Sequence record: PZ171033.1
DNA from: a phage
Reading direction: 5' to 3' (one strand)
DNA length: 64,000 bases
The notes under the pieces: generated by a model
The model's input: only the letters and a program-made list of their open reading frames with translations
Databases searched by the model: none
Told to the model about the DNA's origin: nothing
Position numbers and translations under genes: made by a program
Part shown: positions 8,894-19,243 of the stretch, in pieces
Position numbering within the stretch: the first letter of the stretch is position 1
Layout: every line of letters starts with the position of its first letter

Positions 8894-10858
8894 ATGCGTT
8901 ACATCACCTCTCAAGATACGGGTAAGTATCCTATTGCTATCCTCGGTCATCAAATCCGAAGGGAGGAGATGATTAAAACCTACCTGCTGCCTAATGACCT
9001 AAGCATGGAAGACTTCATCTTCATTGAACTTCATTCTGCCCCCGGCAAGAAGAAGACTCCTGCAAGGGAAATTAAGGAGTTCATACAGCAGGAACTGCAA
9101 CAGGTACTGGATGATGCAGAAACTCAATACATTATCTGTACTGATTCTGATTACTTCAAAATACTGACTAAAGAAGCTAAAGCAGAGGCTAACCTCGGCT
9201 ATGTTTGCGATTCAGTATGGGGTAAGCAGAAGGTTATCTATGCACCTAGCTACAGGCAAGTATTTTATGACCCACCTGTAGTGAAATCCAAGATTGCTCA
9301 GGGTATGGATGCATTACTTAACCACATACGTGGACAGTATGCTGAACCAGGTCATGGAATCATTGAATTTGAAGCCTATCCAGATACACCAGAGAAGATT
9401 AAAGCCTGGCTAGACCAGTTGCTTGAGATGAATAAGCCACTGGCTATAGACATCGAAGCATTCGGTTTAAAGCACTATAACGCCGGTATAGGGACAATTA
9501 CATTCTGTTGGAGTAAGACACAAGGCATAGCCTTTAATGTGGACTATGAGCCAATTAAGGGGGCTACTGAAGCTCCCTATGGGCGTATTAACAGGAACGA
9601 TGTTGTTCGTAACCTGTTACGTGAGTTCTTCATTAAGTACACTCAACGGCAGATGTATCACAACATTAGCTATGACGTGTACATACTTATCTATCAGTTA
9701 TTCATGGATAACCTGATTGATACGGAAGGCTTGCTGCATGGCATGGAAATCATGCTACGTAATTGGGACTGTACTAAGTTAATCACCTACCTGGCTACTA
9801 ACAGTTGTGCTGGTAATCACCTTAGTCTGAAAGAACAGGCTCAGGAATATGCTGGTAACTATGCTCAGGATGACATTAAAGACATTCGTCTTATTCCTAA
9901 TGAGCAACTGTTACGCTACAACCTCATTGATGGTTTGTGTACGTGGTACACCTACGAGAAGCACTGGGATACTCTCATTGCTGATGACCAACTGGATGTT
10001 TACAACAACATCTTTAAACCAGCCTGTGAAGACATTATTCAGATGCAGTTAACCGGTATGCCCATGAATATGGAAACCGTTAACCAAGTAGCTGAGGAGA
10101 TGGAAACTGACAGGAACCAGGCTCTGAAAACTATTCGTGAGTCTAAGCTCATGAAGAACTTCACCCTGATGCTTCGTCAGGAATGGGTAGACGATAAGAA
10201 TGCTAAGCTTAAGAAGAAGCAAGTAACATTGGCTGATTGTGACATCGAGTTTAATCCTAACTCCGGTCCACAATTGCAGAAGTTGTTATTTGACTATATT
10301 GGCTTACCGGTTCTTGGTCTTACTAAGAGCAAGCAACCTGCTACTGACGGTGACACTATTAAAGCACTGCGTACACATACGCAGAGTGAAGATGTTAAGG
10401 AACTGCTCAATGCACTTATCGACTATAAACTCGTGGATAAGATTATCACTAGTTTTATACCAGCTTTCAGGAATGCCCAACCAGGGCCGGATGGCTGGCA
10501 CTACCTATTCGGCAACCTCAATCTGGGAGGCACAGTCTCCGGTAGGCTATCGGCTTCAGAGCCAAATCTACAAACAATTCCATCCGGTTCTAAATATGCC
10601 AAGAAGATTAAGAAATGCTTCGAAGCTCCTCCTGGCTGGATATTTTGCGGTTTGGACTTCGCCTCGCTGGAAGACAGAATCTCTGCACTAACTACTAAAG
10701 ACCCTCAGAAGCTTAAGGTGTACATGGGTGTGACTGTTTATACAGTTACTATAGAAGGAGTTGACCATCATATCCGAGATGATGATACAATCGTTTATGA
10801 TGGTAAAACTTATACCGGTGAGGAGTTCTATGACGCTTTTACCTGTGGCCTTCTATGA
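8894..10858 (+). CDS. DNA polymerase family A, N-terminal part (3'-5' exonuclease + start of polymerase domain)
   Basis: Exo motifs DIEAFG and YHNISYDVY; polymerase motifs SGRLSASEPNLQTIP and LDFASLEDRI (motif A); terminates just before HNH ORF. Confidence 0.8.
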   Translation: MRYITSQDTGKYPIAILGHQIRREEMIKTYLLPNDLSMEDFIFIELHSAPGKKKTPAREIKEFIQQELQQVLDDAETQYIICTDSDYFKILTKEAKAEANLGYVCDSVWGKQKVIYAPSYRQVFYDPPVVKSKIAQGMDALLNHIRGQYAEPGHGIIEFEAYPDTPEKIKAWLDQLLEMNKPLAIDIEAFGLKHYNAGIGTITFCWSKTQGIAFNVDYEPIKGATEAPYGRINRNDVVRNLLREFFIKYTQRQMYHNISYDVYILIYQLFMDNLIDTEGLLHGMEIMLRNWDCTKLITYLATNSCAGNHLSLKEQAQEYAGNYAQDDIKDIRLIPNEQLLRYNLIDGLCTWYTYEKHWDTLIADDQLDVYNNIFKPACEDIIQMQLTGMPMNMETVNQVAEEMETDRNQALKTIRESKLMKNFTLMLRQEWVDDKNAKLKKKQVTLADCDIEFNPNSGPQLQKLLFDYIGLPVLGLTKSKQPATDGDTIKALRTHTQSEDVKELLNALIDYKLVDKIITSFIPAFRNAQPGPDGWHYLFGNLNLGGTVSGRLSASEPNLQTIPSGSKYAKKIKKCFEAPPGWIFCGLDFASLEDRISALTTKDPQKLKVYMGVTVYTVTIEGVDHHIRDDDTIVYDGKTYTGEEFYDAFTCGLL

Positions 10859-11375
10859 ACAACGGTATAAGATTTCCGATGAAGGTTTCATCTTAAATCT
10901 TGCAAACAATCAACCCCTAAAACCGACTCTCAATCCTAACGGATACCTTAAGGTTGGGTTAGCTAATGGGGATGGTACACATCACCAAGAGCTACTTCAT
11001 ATTCTGGTAGCTAAACACTTCATCCCTAATCCTTATGGCTATGAACAGGTGAACCATAAAGATGGTAATAAACTGCATTGTCATAAGGATAATCTGGAAT
11101 GGTGCTCTGCTACTCAGAATGTTGAACATGCACTTAAAACAAGGCTACGTCCTGGTTACATGTCTGCTGACGATAAAGAAAAGTATCTCTTTGAGGTGCT
11201 GGCAGGTAAGCAAGTTAAAGACATTGCTTTTGAAATAGGTAGACGTTCTGAAACTTTGCATAAGATGCTCAGAACTACTGCTGACCGACTTGGTGTTCGA
11301 AATGAGTGGGATGATGTTATGAGGAGAAATAGAAAAGATGTTGCTTTACGACAGCTTGCCAAAATCAACTCATGA
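10830..11375 (+). CDS. HNH homing endonuclease inserted within DNA polymerase gene
   Basis: HNH motif VNHKDGNKLHCHKDNLEWCSATQNVEH; strong RBS AGGAG 5 nt before ATG 10830; different frame from polymerase. Confidence 0.75.
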   Translation: MTLLPVAFYEQRYKISDEGFILNLANNQPLKPTLNPNGYLKVGLANGDGTHHQELLHILVAKHFIPNPYGYEQVNHKDGNKLHCHKDNLEWCSATQNVEHALKTRLRPGYMSADDKEKYLFEVLAGKQVKDIAFEIGRRSETLHKMLRTTADRLGVRNEWDDVMRRNRKDVALRQLAKINS

Positions 11376-12168
11376 CTTCACTGGCAAGAAAATTGACAAC
11401 GTAGTCAAAGCCGGGAGTTCATCAGGTTATGATGGGCACAGTCTTCGTGCATATGCTTACTTCGGTGAGCAGATGCCAGACATAGAAGACACGGTAGAAT
11501 CCATTAACTCCATTCAGCATAAGTACAAATCATTACGTAGTGACTCGAAGGCTCCAACCTTCTTGCTTACCTATGGTGGTACGTATATGGGCTTAATGAA
11601 AAACTGTGGCTTCTCTGAAGAGAAGGCTAAAACTACAGAGAAGCGTTATCACGACCTCTATGTAGTTAGTGACAGGTGGGTTCAGGCTAAGCTAGACGAA
11701 GCTGCCAAAACTGGTTATGTTACTGCCGCATTCGGTTTGAGAGTGCGTACTCCTTTACTGGCTCAGGTTTTACGTGGGACATGCAAGACTCCGTATGAAG
11801 CAGAAGCAGAAGGCAGAACTGCTGGTAATGCTTTAGGACAAAGCTGGTGTCTACTGAATAACCGTGCTGGTTCAGAATTTATGCGTAAAGTCAGAGCCAG
11901 TGAGTTCAGGTTAGATATTCGTCCTAGTATTCACATTCATGATGCTCAGTACTTCATGATTCGTGACAACATGGATACCTTACAGTTTACGAACAAGCAC
12001 TTGGTTGAAGCCGTTAACTGGCAAGATCATCCTGATATTGCCCATCCAGAAGTTGGTTTGGGTGGGGAACTATCCTTGTTCTACCCAACGTGGGCTAATG
12101 AGATTGAAATTCCAAATCACGCTACCCCAGAAGAAGTTCATCAAATAATTCAAAAGGCATTCGCATGA
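11338..12168 (+). CDS. DNA polymerase family A, C-terminal part
   Basis: GYDGHSLRAYAYFG, RSDSKAPTFLLTYGGTYMG (motif B / O-helix-like), HIHDAQYF (motif C). Confidence 0.75.
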   Translation: MLLYDSLPKSTHDFTGKKIDNVVKAGSSSGYDGHSLRAYAYFGEQMPDIEDTVESINSIQHKYKSLRSDSKAPTFLLTYGGTYMGLMKNCGFSEEKAKTTEKRYHDLYVVSDRWVQAKLDEAAKTGYVTAAFGLRVRTPLLAQVLRGTCKTPYEAEAEGRTAGNALGQSWCLLNNRAGSEFMRKVRASEFRLDIRPSIHIHDAQYFMIRDNMDTLQFTNKHLVEAVNWQDHPDIAHPEVGLGGELSLFYPTWANEIEIPNHATPEEVHQIIQKAFA

Positions 12169-12470
12169 CCAAAAGTACTAAAGAAACTGTAGTCAGAAAA
12201 TATCATTGGATGGTAGCAGCACAGGTAGTATTCCAACTTCCTAAAGTGGATGATGGTTCCCTGCTTACCATGAACACAATGCTGCTCACTGATGAACCTT
12301 ATGTGACCTATAAAGATTTGGCACGTGCCAATCACTCCCTGAAGATTAGTCTGGACCAACGCTTTGATACCTCGGTTGACCTGAAAGACATCGTTTATCT
12401 GTCTCTCAGCAACCTGGGTCTGATGTCTGAACCAGAGTTCCAGGCAAATATGATTCCTAAGGAGAAATAA
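12165..12470 (+). CDS. hypothetical protein
   Basis: 101 aa ORF. Confidence 0.45.
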   Translation: MTKSTKETVVRKYHWMVAAQVVFQLPKVDDGSLLTMNTMLLTDEPYVTYKDLARANHSLKISLDQRFDTSVDLKDIVYLSLSNLGLMSEPEFQANMIPKEK

Positions 12471-12754
12471 TGGCTAAGCTCTCCGGTGGATTGAATAACT
12501 GGTATGTAGTACCAGTTAAACACCCTCAACGGAAAGAGCAAGAGCCATATCAAGCAGAATGTGAGGATATTATCCAAGCACTGGGCATGACCTTCGATGA
12601 AGGTTGTGCCTTTAAAGCTTTATGGCGAAATGCTGCTGCCCGTATGGGTAATGGTAAACCTGGAAACTCTTCGGTGTACGACTCAGAGAAGATTGTGCAC
12701 TATGCCAATCGCATATTGAAAAAGGCTTATAATGAAGATAACCAACAATCATGA
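12470..12754 (+). CDS. hypothetical protein
   Basis: 94 aa ORF. Confidence 0.45.
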   Translation: MAKLSGGLNNWYVVPVKHPQRKEQEPYQAECEDIIQALGMTFDEGCAFKALWRNAAARMGNGKPGNSSVYDSEKIVHYANRILKKAYNEDNQQS

Positions 12755-13712
12755 TGTCTCACTGGCTCTGGCTGTATGGCTATTACATGATGAGTACGAT
12801 TACGTAGACAATCCTAAGTATCTGTCTGTTACTACATTGCTTAAGCCCATTAAGCAAATCGTCATGAAGCATCGTGTAGATTTGAGTGACCAGTCAATTG
12901 ATGTTATGGATTTCGTCTCAACATCAATGGGTACTGGTTTACATGACTCTATCGAGAAAGCCTGGAAGTTAGGTCATAAGACTGCATTGAAGAAGCTAGG
13001 TTATCCTCAGCGTGTAATTGATGCAGTAGTCATTAATCCAACCAAAGCAGACTTTGATACTAACCCTGACCTTATCCCAATCTACATTGAACAACGTGGA
13101 ACCAGGGTAGTTAAGGGTTGGACTATCGGTGGTAAGTTCGACATCGTAACAGAAGGTCTATTACAGGACTTTAAGTCTACCTCAACCTATTCCTGGGTTG
13201 CTGGTTCCCGTGATGATGAACACAAGATGCAAGGCAGCTTGTATCGTTGGATTCACAACGACATCATTACTGAGGATGTAATTCGTATTAACTACATCTT
13301 CACTGACTTCATGAAGCACATGGCTAATAGCAATCCGAACTATCCTGCTAATCGTATTATGCATAAGGATATTCCACTGCTATCTGTCGATAAGACTGAA
13401 CGTTGGGTAGAAGAGAAGATTCACCTCATTGAGAAGTACTGGAATGCACCTGAAGAGGAAATTCCTGAGTGTACTGACGAGGAGTTGTGGCGAACAGAGC
13501 CACAGTTCAAATACTTCTCTGATGCTTCTAAGGTAGATGTACCTGGAGCCAGAAGTACCAAAAACTTTGACGATATGGCATCTGCTCGTATCTTCATGGC
13601 TGAAAAAGGTGGCAAGGGTGCTATCAAGGTCGTGGAGGGGCAGGTTAAGCGTTGTCTGTACTGCCCTGTCGCATCCATTTGCAAACAAAGAGAGAGATAT
13701 TTTCCATCATGA
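12732..13712 (+). CDS. PD-(D/E)XK nuclease, Cas4/RecB-like, with C-terminal cysteine cluster
   Basis: D...E-x-K-like segment FDIVTEGLLQDFK and C-terminal CLYCPVASIC. Confidence 0.5.
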   Translation: MKITNNHDVSLALAVWLLHDEYDYVDNPKYLSVTTLLKPIKQIVMKHRVDLSDQSIDVMDFVSTSMGTGLHDSIEKAWKLGHKTALKKLGYPQRVIDAVVINPTKADFDTNPDLIPIYIEQRGTRVVKGWTIGGKFDIVTEGLLQDFKSTSTYSWVAGSRDDEHKMQGSLYRWIHNDIITEDVIRINYIFTDFMKHMANSNPNYPANRIMHKDIPLLSVDKTERWVEEKIHLIEKYWNAPEEEIPECTDEELWRTEPQFKYFSDASKVDVPGARSTKNFDDMASARIFMAEKGGKGAIKVVEGQVKRCLYCPVASICKQRERYFPS

Positions 13713-15862
13713 GTATTGACCTTACCGGAGTAGTGCATCATCCGGCGATTGAAGAAATCGTAGATGTGCTCTGCAATAAAACCCAGAATAATGACCGGGG
13801 ATTTTTCCGTGTCGAAGTAGCCTACTTCTTGGCTAAAATGGCATCCTGCATGGGTGCAACCATCGTAACTAAAGATCGTGGTGACCTGCCGGTAAACATC
13901 TACGCTATAGCGTTGGCTACATCTGGTTTCGGTAAAGGTCACTCAGTAAATATCATTGAAGACGGGTTCATGACTGGCTTCCGTAAACGCTTTATGGAAG
14001 ACACCATGCCCGTCATTGCAAATGATCGTTTATGGAAGATTGCTAACGAACGTGCTGCTCGTCAAGGTACAGACCAGAATGATGAGTTTGATAAAGTCGA
14101 AGCAGAATATAAACGTGCTGGAGCATATCCGTTTACGTTTGACTCCGGTACTCCACCAGCAGTTAAGCAACTACGGCATAAACTGTTAATGGCTGGATGT
14201 GGTTCAATCAACCTTCAGATTGATGAAATTGGTTCAAACCTGTTGGCTAACACAGATGTATTAACCCTGTTCCTGGAGCTGTATGACCAGGGTAAGGTTA
14301 AGCAGAAACTAACCAAAAATACTGCTGAAAGTGTTCGTGGTGAAGAACTGGATGGTAAAACTCCAGCTAACCTGTTGCTGTTTGGTACACCAAGTAAGCT
14401 ACTAGATGGTGGTCAGACCGAAGATCAGTTCTATGACTTCCTTGATACAGGGTATGCACGTCGTTGTCTATTTGCCATTGGGCACTTAGACAAACGAGCA
14501 CATGCAACAATGTCTCCGGAAGAAATCTACCGTAACCTGATTAAGCAGGATAACGTACAGTCTCTGGGTAAGTGGGCTAACCACTTCCATAGTCTGGCTG
14601 ACCCAAACCTGTTTGGCTTTAAGATGGTTGTAGAAGATGCTGTGGGTATTGCTCTGATTACTTACAAAATTGATTGTGAGAAACAAGCAGAAGCTATGGC
14701 TGACCACGAAGAAATTCGTAAAGCTGAAATTTCCCACCGTTACTTCAAAGCACTTAAACTGGCTGGAGCACTGGCGTTTGTTGACCAGAGTTCATTCATT
14801 GAAATGTCCCACCTTAAACAAGCAATCTTGCTTGTAGAGGAATCCGGGGCAGCATTCCAGGGTATTCTCAATCGTGAGAAAGCCTATGTGAAGCTGGCTA
14901 AGTATATCGCTTCTGTAGGTAAAGAAGTGACTCATGCTGACTTGCTAGAGTCATTGCCGTTCTATAAGAGTGGCAATGCAGCTCGTAATGAGATGATGAC
15001 CCTTGCTACAGCATGGGGCTACAAACAGCACATCATCATTAAGAAAACCTTCAATGAAGGTATTGAGTTCTTCCGTGGTGAAACTCTGAAAGAAACTGAC
15101 ATCAATGAGATGATAGTGGCATATAGTGATAGCTTTGCTTATGACTACATTGGTGAACGTGTACCGTTCGACCAGTTGCATGTATTAACCCAAGCTCCCG
15201 GTATGCACTGGGTAAACCATCACATGAAGAATGGACATCGTTCTGAAGAGAACGTTATTCCAGGATTTAACATGATTGTTATCGACTGTGATGGTGGAGT
15301 ACCACTGCATACGTGCCATGAACTGATGAAGGAATATAAGTTCATGACTTATACCACTAAGCGTCATTCTGATGAACAGAATCGCTTCCGTCTGATTATT
15401 CCAATGAACTATGAGTTACACCTCGATACTGAGGAATACAAAGAGTTCATGAATAACGTTATGTCCTGGCTACCATTCGAAACGGATGAATCTGCTAACC
15501 AACGAGCCAAGAAGTGGATGTCCTGCGAGACTGGTTCCTATCATTACAATCTTGAAGCAAATCTGTTGGACGTGCGTGACTTTATTCCTCGTACTAGTAA
15601 GAACGAGCAGTTCCAGAACCAGATGAAGGAAGTACAGTCGTTGGATAATCTGGAGCGTTGGTTCGCTAGTCGTATTGCTACCGGTAATCGTAATAATCAA
15701 ATGATTAAGTACGCACTGGCATTGGTTGACAGTGGTTGGGATTTTGCCCAAGTACAGCAAGCCGTCCACTCATTCAATAAGAAACTGGCTAATCCATTGC
15801 CGGATGATGAATTGAATGCAACCGTAATGGTCACCGTGGCTAAACGCTTTGCTGGTAAGTAA
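13709..15862 (+). CDS. putative DNA primase (AEP/prim-pol-like DxD motif)
   Basis: MIVIDCDGG motif; size and position as N4-type primase; start set to ATG 13709. Confidence 0.45.
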   Translation: MSIDLTGVVHHPAIEEIVDVLCNKTQNNDRGFFRVEVAYFLAKMASCMGATIVTKDRGDLPVNIYAIALATSGFGKGHSVNIIEDGFMTGFRKRFMEDTMPVIANDRLWKIANERAARQGTDQNDEFDKVEAEYKRAGAYPFTFDSGTPPAVKQLRHKLLMAGCGSINLQIDEIGSNLLANTDVLTLFLELYDQGKVKQKLTKNTAESVRGEELDGKTPANLLLFGTPSKLLDGGQTEDQFYDFLDTGYARRCLFAIGHLDKRAHATMSPEEIYRNLIKQDNVQSLGKWANHFHSLADPNLFGFKMVVEDAVGIALITYKIDCEKQAEAMADHEEIRKAEISHRYFKALKLAGALAFVDQSSFIEMSHLKQAILLVEESGAAFQGILNREKAYVKLAKYIASVGKEVTHADLLESLPFYKSGNAARNEMMTLATAWGYKQHIIIKKTFNEGIEFFRGETLKETDINEMIVAYSDSFAYDYIGERVPFDQLHVLTQAPGMHWVNHHMKNGHRSEENVIPGFNMIVIDCDGGVPLHTCHELMKEYKFMTYTTKRHSDEQNRFRLIIPMNYELHLDTEEYKEFMNNVMSWLPFETDESANQRAKKWMSCETGSYHYNLEANLLDVRDFIPRTSKNEQFQNQMKEVQSLDNLERWFASRIATGNRNNQMIKYALALVDSGWDFAQVQQAVHSFNKKLANPLPDDELNATVMVTVAKRFAGK

Positions 15863-15867
15863 GCAAA

Positions 15868-15898
15868 CAGGAGTCTTTCTTTGGTTTGAAGGACTCCT
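15868..15898 (+). promoter_or_regulatory. stable hairpin without U tract
   Basis: GGAGTCTTTC/GAAGGACTCC 10-bp stem, 8-nt loop. Confidence 0.3.
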
Positions 15899-15918
15899 AA
15901 ATTAAATGAGGAAAAATA

Positions 15919-16671
15919 ATGTCCGAAGTAATTCCCAATGATATGAACACTCAGCTAATCCTGATTGCAGGATTCTCAGCGAGTGGTAAATCAGCATCAC
16001 TGCGTAACATCAGGAACCAGGAACGCTGGCTCTATCTGAACACCGAAGCAGGTAAACGTCTGCCTTTCCGTAACAAGTTCAATACTTACAACATCGAAGA
16101 CCCTTATCAAATCTGGGAAGCATTTGATGTTGCATCTCCTAGTGGAGAAATGGCAGATGATGTTGATGGTATCATTATTGACTCAGCAACCTTTATGATG
16201 GATATGCTGGAATCCCAGTACGTGTTGCCATCTGCAAACACGCAGAAGGCATGGGGAGATTTTGCACAGTTCTTTAAGATACTGCTGCAACAGAAAGTCG
16301 TTAAGTTTGGTAAGCCAGTAATTATTACTGCTCATGCTAAAGACGAACTTGATGAAGCTGCTGGTGTAATGAAAACATTCATCCCAGTGAAAGGCTCTCT
16401 GAAGAATAACGGGCTTGAAGCCTACTTCTCTACTGTGGTTTACGCAGAACGTGTAGACATTAAAGAGCTGGAGAAGTACGGAAACAAGATGTTAGAAATT
16501 ACGGAAGAAGAACGTGACTTAGGATATAAGCACGTATTCCAGACCCGTCCAACCAAGAAGTCAGTAGGTAAACGACTTCGTTCCCCAATGGGTATGTTCG
16601 ATAAGTCTGAGACTTATATCGACAACGATGCCCAGAAACTCTTAGACCACCTGGCTGAATACTACGCTTAA
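15919..16671 (+). CDS. P-loop ATPase (RecA/AAA-like)
   Basis: Walker A GFSASGKS near N-terminus; 250 aa. Confidence 0.55.
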   Translation: MSEVIPNDMNTQLILIAGFSASGKSASLRNIRNQERWLYLNTEAGKRLPFRNKFNTYNIEDPYQIWEAFDVASPSGEMADDVDGIIIDSATFMMDMLESQYVLPSANTQKAWGDFAQFFKILLQQKVVKFGKPVIITAHAKDELDEAAGVMKTFIPVKGSLKNNGLEAYFSTVVYAERVDIKELEKYGNKMLEITEEERDLGYKHVFQTRPTKKSVGKRLRSPMGMFDKSETYIDNDAQKLLDHLAEYYA

Positions 16672-16710
16672 GCGTTTGTCTGGTTGTTAATCACTTATTA
16701 GGAAAATCAT

Positions 16711-17514
16711 ATGTCATTGTTCAGTAATCTGAAAGAAAAAACCAAAAACGTTGAAGCTGCTAAAGACTCCCTGGGTGGGGGTGGTTTCGGTGCAAAAGAA
16801 ACCGATATCTACACCGGTAATGTAAAAGTAGCTTACGTAGGTAAAGCTGACTCTGGTGCAGACTGGATGCAGTTAATCATTGATGACTTGAAGAACTCTG
16901 ATGGCGTACCTGCCGGTGAGTTCCGTGCACAGGTGTACTTCACTTCTGGTAATGCTAAAGGCAACAAGCCGACTTACGAGAAGAACGGTAAAGAATACTT
17001 CCTGCCTGGCTACACTGTCATTAATGACATGATGCTGATGGCTACTGGTACTGAACTGCCTGAAGCAGACTTCGAAGAAAAGATTGTTAAAGTCTATGAC
17101 TTCGATGCTAAAGCGGAAGTTAATAAATCAGTCATGGTTCCAGTTGATCTGTTAAACCAGACTGTTACCTTCGCTCTGGAAAAAGTTCTGGAATCCAAGC
17201 AGGTTAAAGGCGACAACGGTTATGTTGACTCCGGTGAAACCCGTGAAGTAAACGAGATTCAGAAAGTGTTTCACCCGGAACTGCTGGTCACAGTCGTCGA
17301 GGCTCAGGAAGCAGAGAAGGCTGAAAAAGAACTGACCCCAGAACTGGCTGTATTCTATGCAGCATGGCTGGAAAAGAACAAAGGCAAGACTCGTGACAAG
17401 ACCAAGAGTTCTGCCGGTGGTAATGGTAAAGGTGGCTTGCCTCCTAAACCAGGTGCAGGTGCTGGCACGGGTACTGCTCCTGCTGGTGGTAAATCACTGT
17501 TCGGTAAACGTTAA
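16711..17514 (+). CDS. putative single-stranded DNA-binding protein (N4 SSB-like by size and position)
   Basis: 267 aa with glycine-rich C-terminal tail; located after primase/ATPase. Confidence 0.4.
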   Translation: MSLFSNLKEKTKNVEAAKDSLGGGGFGAKETDIYTGNVKVAYVGKADSGADWMQLIIDDLKNSDGVPAGEFRAQVYFTSGNAKGNKPTYEKNGKEYFLPGYTVINDMMLMATGTELPEADFEEKIVKVYDFDAKAEVNKSVMVPVDLLNQTVTFALEKVLESKQVKGDNGYVDSGETREVNEIQKVFHPELLVTVVEAQEAEKAEKELTPELAVFYAAWLEKNKGKTRDKTKSSAGGNGKGGLPPKPGAGAGTGTAPAGGKSLFGKR

Positions 17515-18068
17515 TGAAAATCCCAATTGTCGGTGCAGACATTAGTCTCCGCAATTGGGGTTTAGCTCGTGGGATGCTGGACATTGAGTCCGGCGTCTTC
17601 GAGCAGGTCGAACTTAAACTGGTTCAAACTGAAGTTGACCACAACAAACAAGTTCGAACCAACTCCAAAGATATACAAGCCGCTCACGATTTGTTTCTTG
17701 GTTGTGAGGAATGGTTACGGTCTGCTAAAGCAGTGTTCGTAGAAGTACCAGTAGGCTCTCAGTCTGCTAACGGTATGAAATCCTATGGTGTATGCATAGG
17801 ATTAATCGGTGCATTTCATGCATTGGGTTGTCCAATCTTTGAAGTATCCCCAATTGAAAACAAACTTGCACTGGTCGGTGATAAAACTGCATCCAAAGAC
17901 ACGATGATCCGTGCTGCTCATGCCATCTATCCCGAAGCCAACTGGCTCACGGATAAGAAAGGCAAACTTCTGAATAAGAATGAGCACTTAGCAGATGCAA
18001 TCGGTGCAATCCATGCTGGTGTAAATCTCCCAGCTTTCCAGAACCTCATTAAGTTATTAAAGGCGTAA
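17514..18068 (+). CDS. RuvC-like Holliday junction resolvase
   Basis: N-terminal KIPIVGADISLRNWGLA resembles RuvC/YqgF first motif. Confidence 0.5.
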   Translation: MKIPIVGADISLRNWGLARGMLDIESGVFEQVELKLVQTEVDHNKQVRTNSKDIQAAHDLFLGCEEWLRSAKAVFVEVPVGSQSANGMKSYGVCIGLIGAFHALGCPIFEVSPIENKLALVGDKTASKDTMIRAAHAIYPEANWLTDKKGKLLNKNEHLADAIGAIHAGVNLPAFQNLIKLLKA

Positions 18069-18069
18069 T

Positions 18070-18522
18070 ATGCAAATCATTTTGAACCAGTCCGAAGTAG
18101 AAGCTGCTGTACAGGCTTATGTTGATGATCAAATCAATCTTGCTGGTGACATTAATATTGTCATCAATGCAGATGGTACTGCCTCCGTTGGTATCAACGA
18201 AGAGGTGAGTCATGAAGATGACACTCCACCCTTGGTAGAGAAGAAAACTCGTCGTTCCCGTAAAAACCCCCAAGAAGCTAAGCATCGTCCGGTAGAACCG
18301 GAGCCAGAAGAAGTAGTTGAAGAGGCAAAGGTAGAAGAAACCCAGACCTCTACTGGTGGTCCGAACGGGAATTCTACGCCGGAACCTGAAGAAGCAGTAG
18401 CTGAACCAGAAGCACAAGAAGAAGTTGTGCAGGAAGAGGATATGAAAGAAGACCGTGAGCTTCCTCCGGAAGAACGACCGGTAACGAAGCCTTCACTGTT
18501 CGCTGGCCTTAAACGTAGTTAA
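18070..18522 (+). CDS. acidic E/P-rich hypothetical protein
   Basis: Highly acidic low-complexity C-terminal half. Confidence 0.45.
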   Translation: MQIILNQSEVEAAVQAYVDDQINLAGDINIVINADGTASVGINEEVSHEDDTPPLVEKKTRRSRKNPQEAKHRPVEPEPEEVVEEAKVEETQTSTGGPNGNSTPEPEEAVAEPEAQEEVVQEEDMKEDRELPPEERPVTKPSLFAGLKRS

Positions 18523-19225
18523 TCTGGTAGGTGGCTCAGAAGCTGCTGCTATTTGTGGTAGTGTTCGTAATTCTGATGCTATTGCTTATCAGGATTCTGG
18601 ACGTGTCGGCTCCATACATAGCATTTATCATCACTGTACTTATACTTTGGAAACTCAGTGATAAAAACGGTGGTGACAAGCCGCCAGAGTAACAACAACA
18701 ACCGAACCAGTGGACTTTAATACTCTCCGAAGTCCACAGGTTCAATCTAAACTAAGCGGAAAAGTTAGCTTTTTCTTGGGTGTAGAACCTGTTGAAGGAA
18801 ACAAAGAATTTCACATTGAATAGTTAATATCGTAAAGGGTTCTGTTAGAATCCTTTGAGATAGGAACTCCTATCATAACTATTCTTAACTTAATCTTTGC
18901 CGTATGGCACTGACGCTAGGGGTGGCCCCCCATCCGTCAGGTAGACTATTTTAAGAATGGGTTATCACAGCAAATGTAAAGCAACATTCGGGTTAATCAA
19001 TGGCCTCTCCCTATAGGGGCCATTTCTGAATCTTAGGCTATATCCCAAAGGTTAGTATCTTTGGGATAAGGCTTCAGATCTCTTATCAACTAACGCTCAT
19101 GTTGAGCATTCTACTCACACAAGCCCCTATATGGGCTGGGTTAAATGTCGGATAGCATAGCTACCTACAGCATCGAGATGTTAGGTCTTACATGTAATAT
19201 AGGGTATAAAGGGAGGACTCGTCCC

Positions 19226-19242
19226 CTCCCTCCTATTATAAT
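19226..19242 (+). promoter_or_regulatory. promoter-like motif copy 1 (CCTATTATAAT)
   Basis: C-rich tract + TATAAT directly upstream of tRNA-like element. Confidence 0.3.
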
Positions 19243-19243
19243 G

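Noticed and set aside
10745-11400. Group I intron or intein explanation for the polymerase interruption
   Set aside because: HNH ORF is out of frame (not an intein) and leaves too little non-coding flank for a group I core; split gene preferred but not proven
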